From positions 1-16,448 of the forward strand of contig JBDRGF010000155.1 of the NCBI GenBank assembly GCA_043818055.1: a DNA stretch of 16,448 bases. Direction: 5' to 3'. Below are positions 15,690 to 16,448 of the stretch, in pieces; position 1 is the stretch's first letter; every line of letters starts with the position of its first letter. The notes under the pieces were generated by a model. The model had not been told where the DNA came from, ran no database searches, and saw only the letters and a list, made by a program, of their open reading frames with translations. Source of the stretch: Pseudomonadota bacterium (GTDB taxonomy: Bacteria; UBA10199; 2-02-FULL-44-16; JBDRGF01). Position numbers and translations under genes: made by a program.

Positions 15690-15716
15690 TTATCGGACGC
15701 AATTGGGAAAAGTTGT
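15690..15716 (-). promoter_or_regulatory. sigma28 (FliA/WhiG)-like promoter
   Basis: Minus strand ACAACTTT-11 nt-TCCGATAA versus consensus TAAAGTTT-N11-GCCGATAA, directly upstream of the SD of the orphan ORF. Confidence 0.55.
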
Positions 15717-15728
15717 GTGTTATTTATA

Positions 15729-16106
15729 CCACAATCCGACACTTTAAAAAAAGATGAAGGGTTTTCGTTATTTGGAGGCTGATTTTTTTCGAAAAAAACA
15801 GGTTTTTTTCCTCCAAATTCCTTTTTCGTGTTTTTTCTTCCTCTGTCAGCCGGATGTTACTCAAAAACCGGCTGATATCACTCTCTCAGAAAACACCCGC
15901 CCGTTGAGTGTTTCCATCTCCTTCTTTGAGTTCTGTTTTTTTCCTCTTTTTCTTTCATCTATTGTTTACTACGGCACTACCAATGCGAAGATCTTCTCCC
16001 GTGCTTCCTTATGTATCCAGAATGATGGATGACCACGACTCAGTTTTAATATCACACTTCTTGCCGTCTTCACTACCTTTCCCGCTATACACAAAAGCTT
16101 AAACCT
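15729..16106 (-). mobile_element. 3' remnant of an IS1380-family insertion sequence (transposase C-terminus, trailer and right IR)
   Basis: Transposase fragment, a 240-bp non-coding trailer, then CCACAATCCGACA (15729-15741), which matches the terminus at 16308 at 11/13 positions and begins with CC as IS1380 ends do. Confidence 0.72.
15969..16106 (-). pseudogene. IS1380-family transposase C-terminal fragment (45 aa)
   Basis: RFKLLCIAGKVVKTARSVILKLSRGHPSFWIHKEAREKIFALVVP*, matching the IS1380 C-terminal pattern R-x2-L-x3-AG(K/R)-V-x3-AR-x3-L-x-L-x3-HP. In-frame TGA two codons upstream; no start codon. Confidence 0.75.
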
Positions 16107-16295
16107 GCCTCATGCCTTACGGCCATACTCCTCGCGAAGTACAGCTGCCTTCTCAATCATCTCTTATGATCGAGCCCCGTGCCTATCAAGCTCCGGTTTT
16201 GGCTTCTCTGATCGTAAGATTAGACCAGGGATGGTCTCTTTAACCTTATAACCATCGGGAATTCTTGCCCTTTTCCCTCCTTTCTCCTATGTTAA
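16104..16295 (-). ncRNA. Structured non-coding segment, putative truncated IS110-family left end (bridge-RNA-like region)
   Basis: No ORF. Minus-strand hairpins TACTTC-GCGA-GGAGTA and GCC-GTAA-GGC (GNRA loops), AGACCA-TCCC-TGGTCT, and a long stem TCTTACGATC/GATCATAAGA. The IS110 assignment is recalled motif resemblance, not a search result. Confidence 0.45.
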
Positions 16296-16307
16296 AAGAA
16301 ATGTGCC

Positions 16308-16448
16308 CCTTAATCCGACAGCGAAAAAAGAGAGAAGCGAGTAAGAGCATGAAAGATATGAGAAAGCACAAGTAAGGGTGATGAAAAGGATTCACCGGAT
16401 GGGTGAAAGATTAGGGGAGTTTAAGGACTTCACCAGAAATTGTTCAGG
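16308..16448 (+). mobile_element. Left end of a second IS1380-like element; probable transposase start at 16399 running off the window
   Basis: Terminus CCTTAATCCGACA (16308-16320). Hairpin TTCACC-GGATG-GGTGAA (16391-16407) overlaps an ATG giving MGERLGEFKDFTRNCS..., open to the edge and resembling MGE-type IS1380 transposase N-termini. Confidence 0.55.

Noticed and set aside
15783..15875. T7-CG-A7 palindrome and TCAGCCGG/CCGGCTGA hairpin
   Set aside because: Low complexity, or an 8-bp stem with a long loop and no U-tract, inside the IS trailer; not enough to call a terminator.
15754..16102. Plus-strand ORFs of 92 and 64 aa
   Set aside because: Phe-rich products of T-tracts, antisense to the IS1380 remnant.
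16104..16295. Group II intron or tRNA interpretation of the structured segment
   Set aside because: No domain V-like hairpin, no GUGYG 5' end and no cloverleaf or TTC loop found.
16332..16391. Imperfect purine-rich tandem duplication (GAGAAGCGAGTAAG... / GAGAAAGCACAAGTAAG...)
   Set aside because: Only two degenerate low-complexity copies in the IS leader; not a CRISPR array or iteron set.

Overview
Bacterial chromosomal segment, probably from a deltaproteobacterial-type lineage (inferred from the lysS-lolC/E-lolD-bamA-skp order). About 14.4 kb is one tightly packed minus-strand housekeeping run: lysS, two LolC/E-type permeases, lolD, bamA, skp/ompH, an unusual Trm112-zinc-ribbon/FHA fusion gene, yicC, gmk, bifunctional rel/spoT, yraN and a long-chain acyl-CoA ligase that runs off the left edge. 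rpmB (L28) is wedged antisense between rel and yraN and overlaps both. Three intergenic gaps of the envelope operon each hold a different palindromic repeat element, one of them nested. The right 2 kb is accessory: a very basic 374-aa orphan ORF behind a sigma28-like promoter, then an IS pile-up. The pile-up has the 3' remnant of an IS1380-family element, a ~190-nt structured non-coding segment resembling an IS110 left end (bridge-RNA region), and the left end of a second IS1380-like element running off the window. The most notable items are the Trm112-FHA protein, whose FHA domain is split by a ~55-aa insert carrying a GarA/OdhI-like phospho-Thr motif, and the orphaned IS110-like structured RNA.
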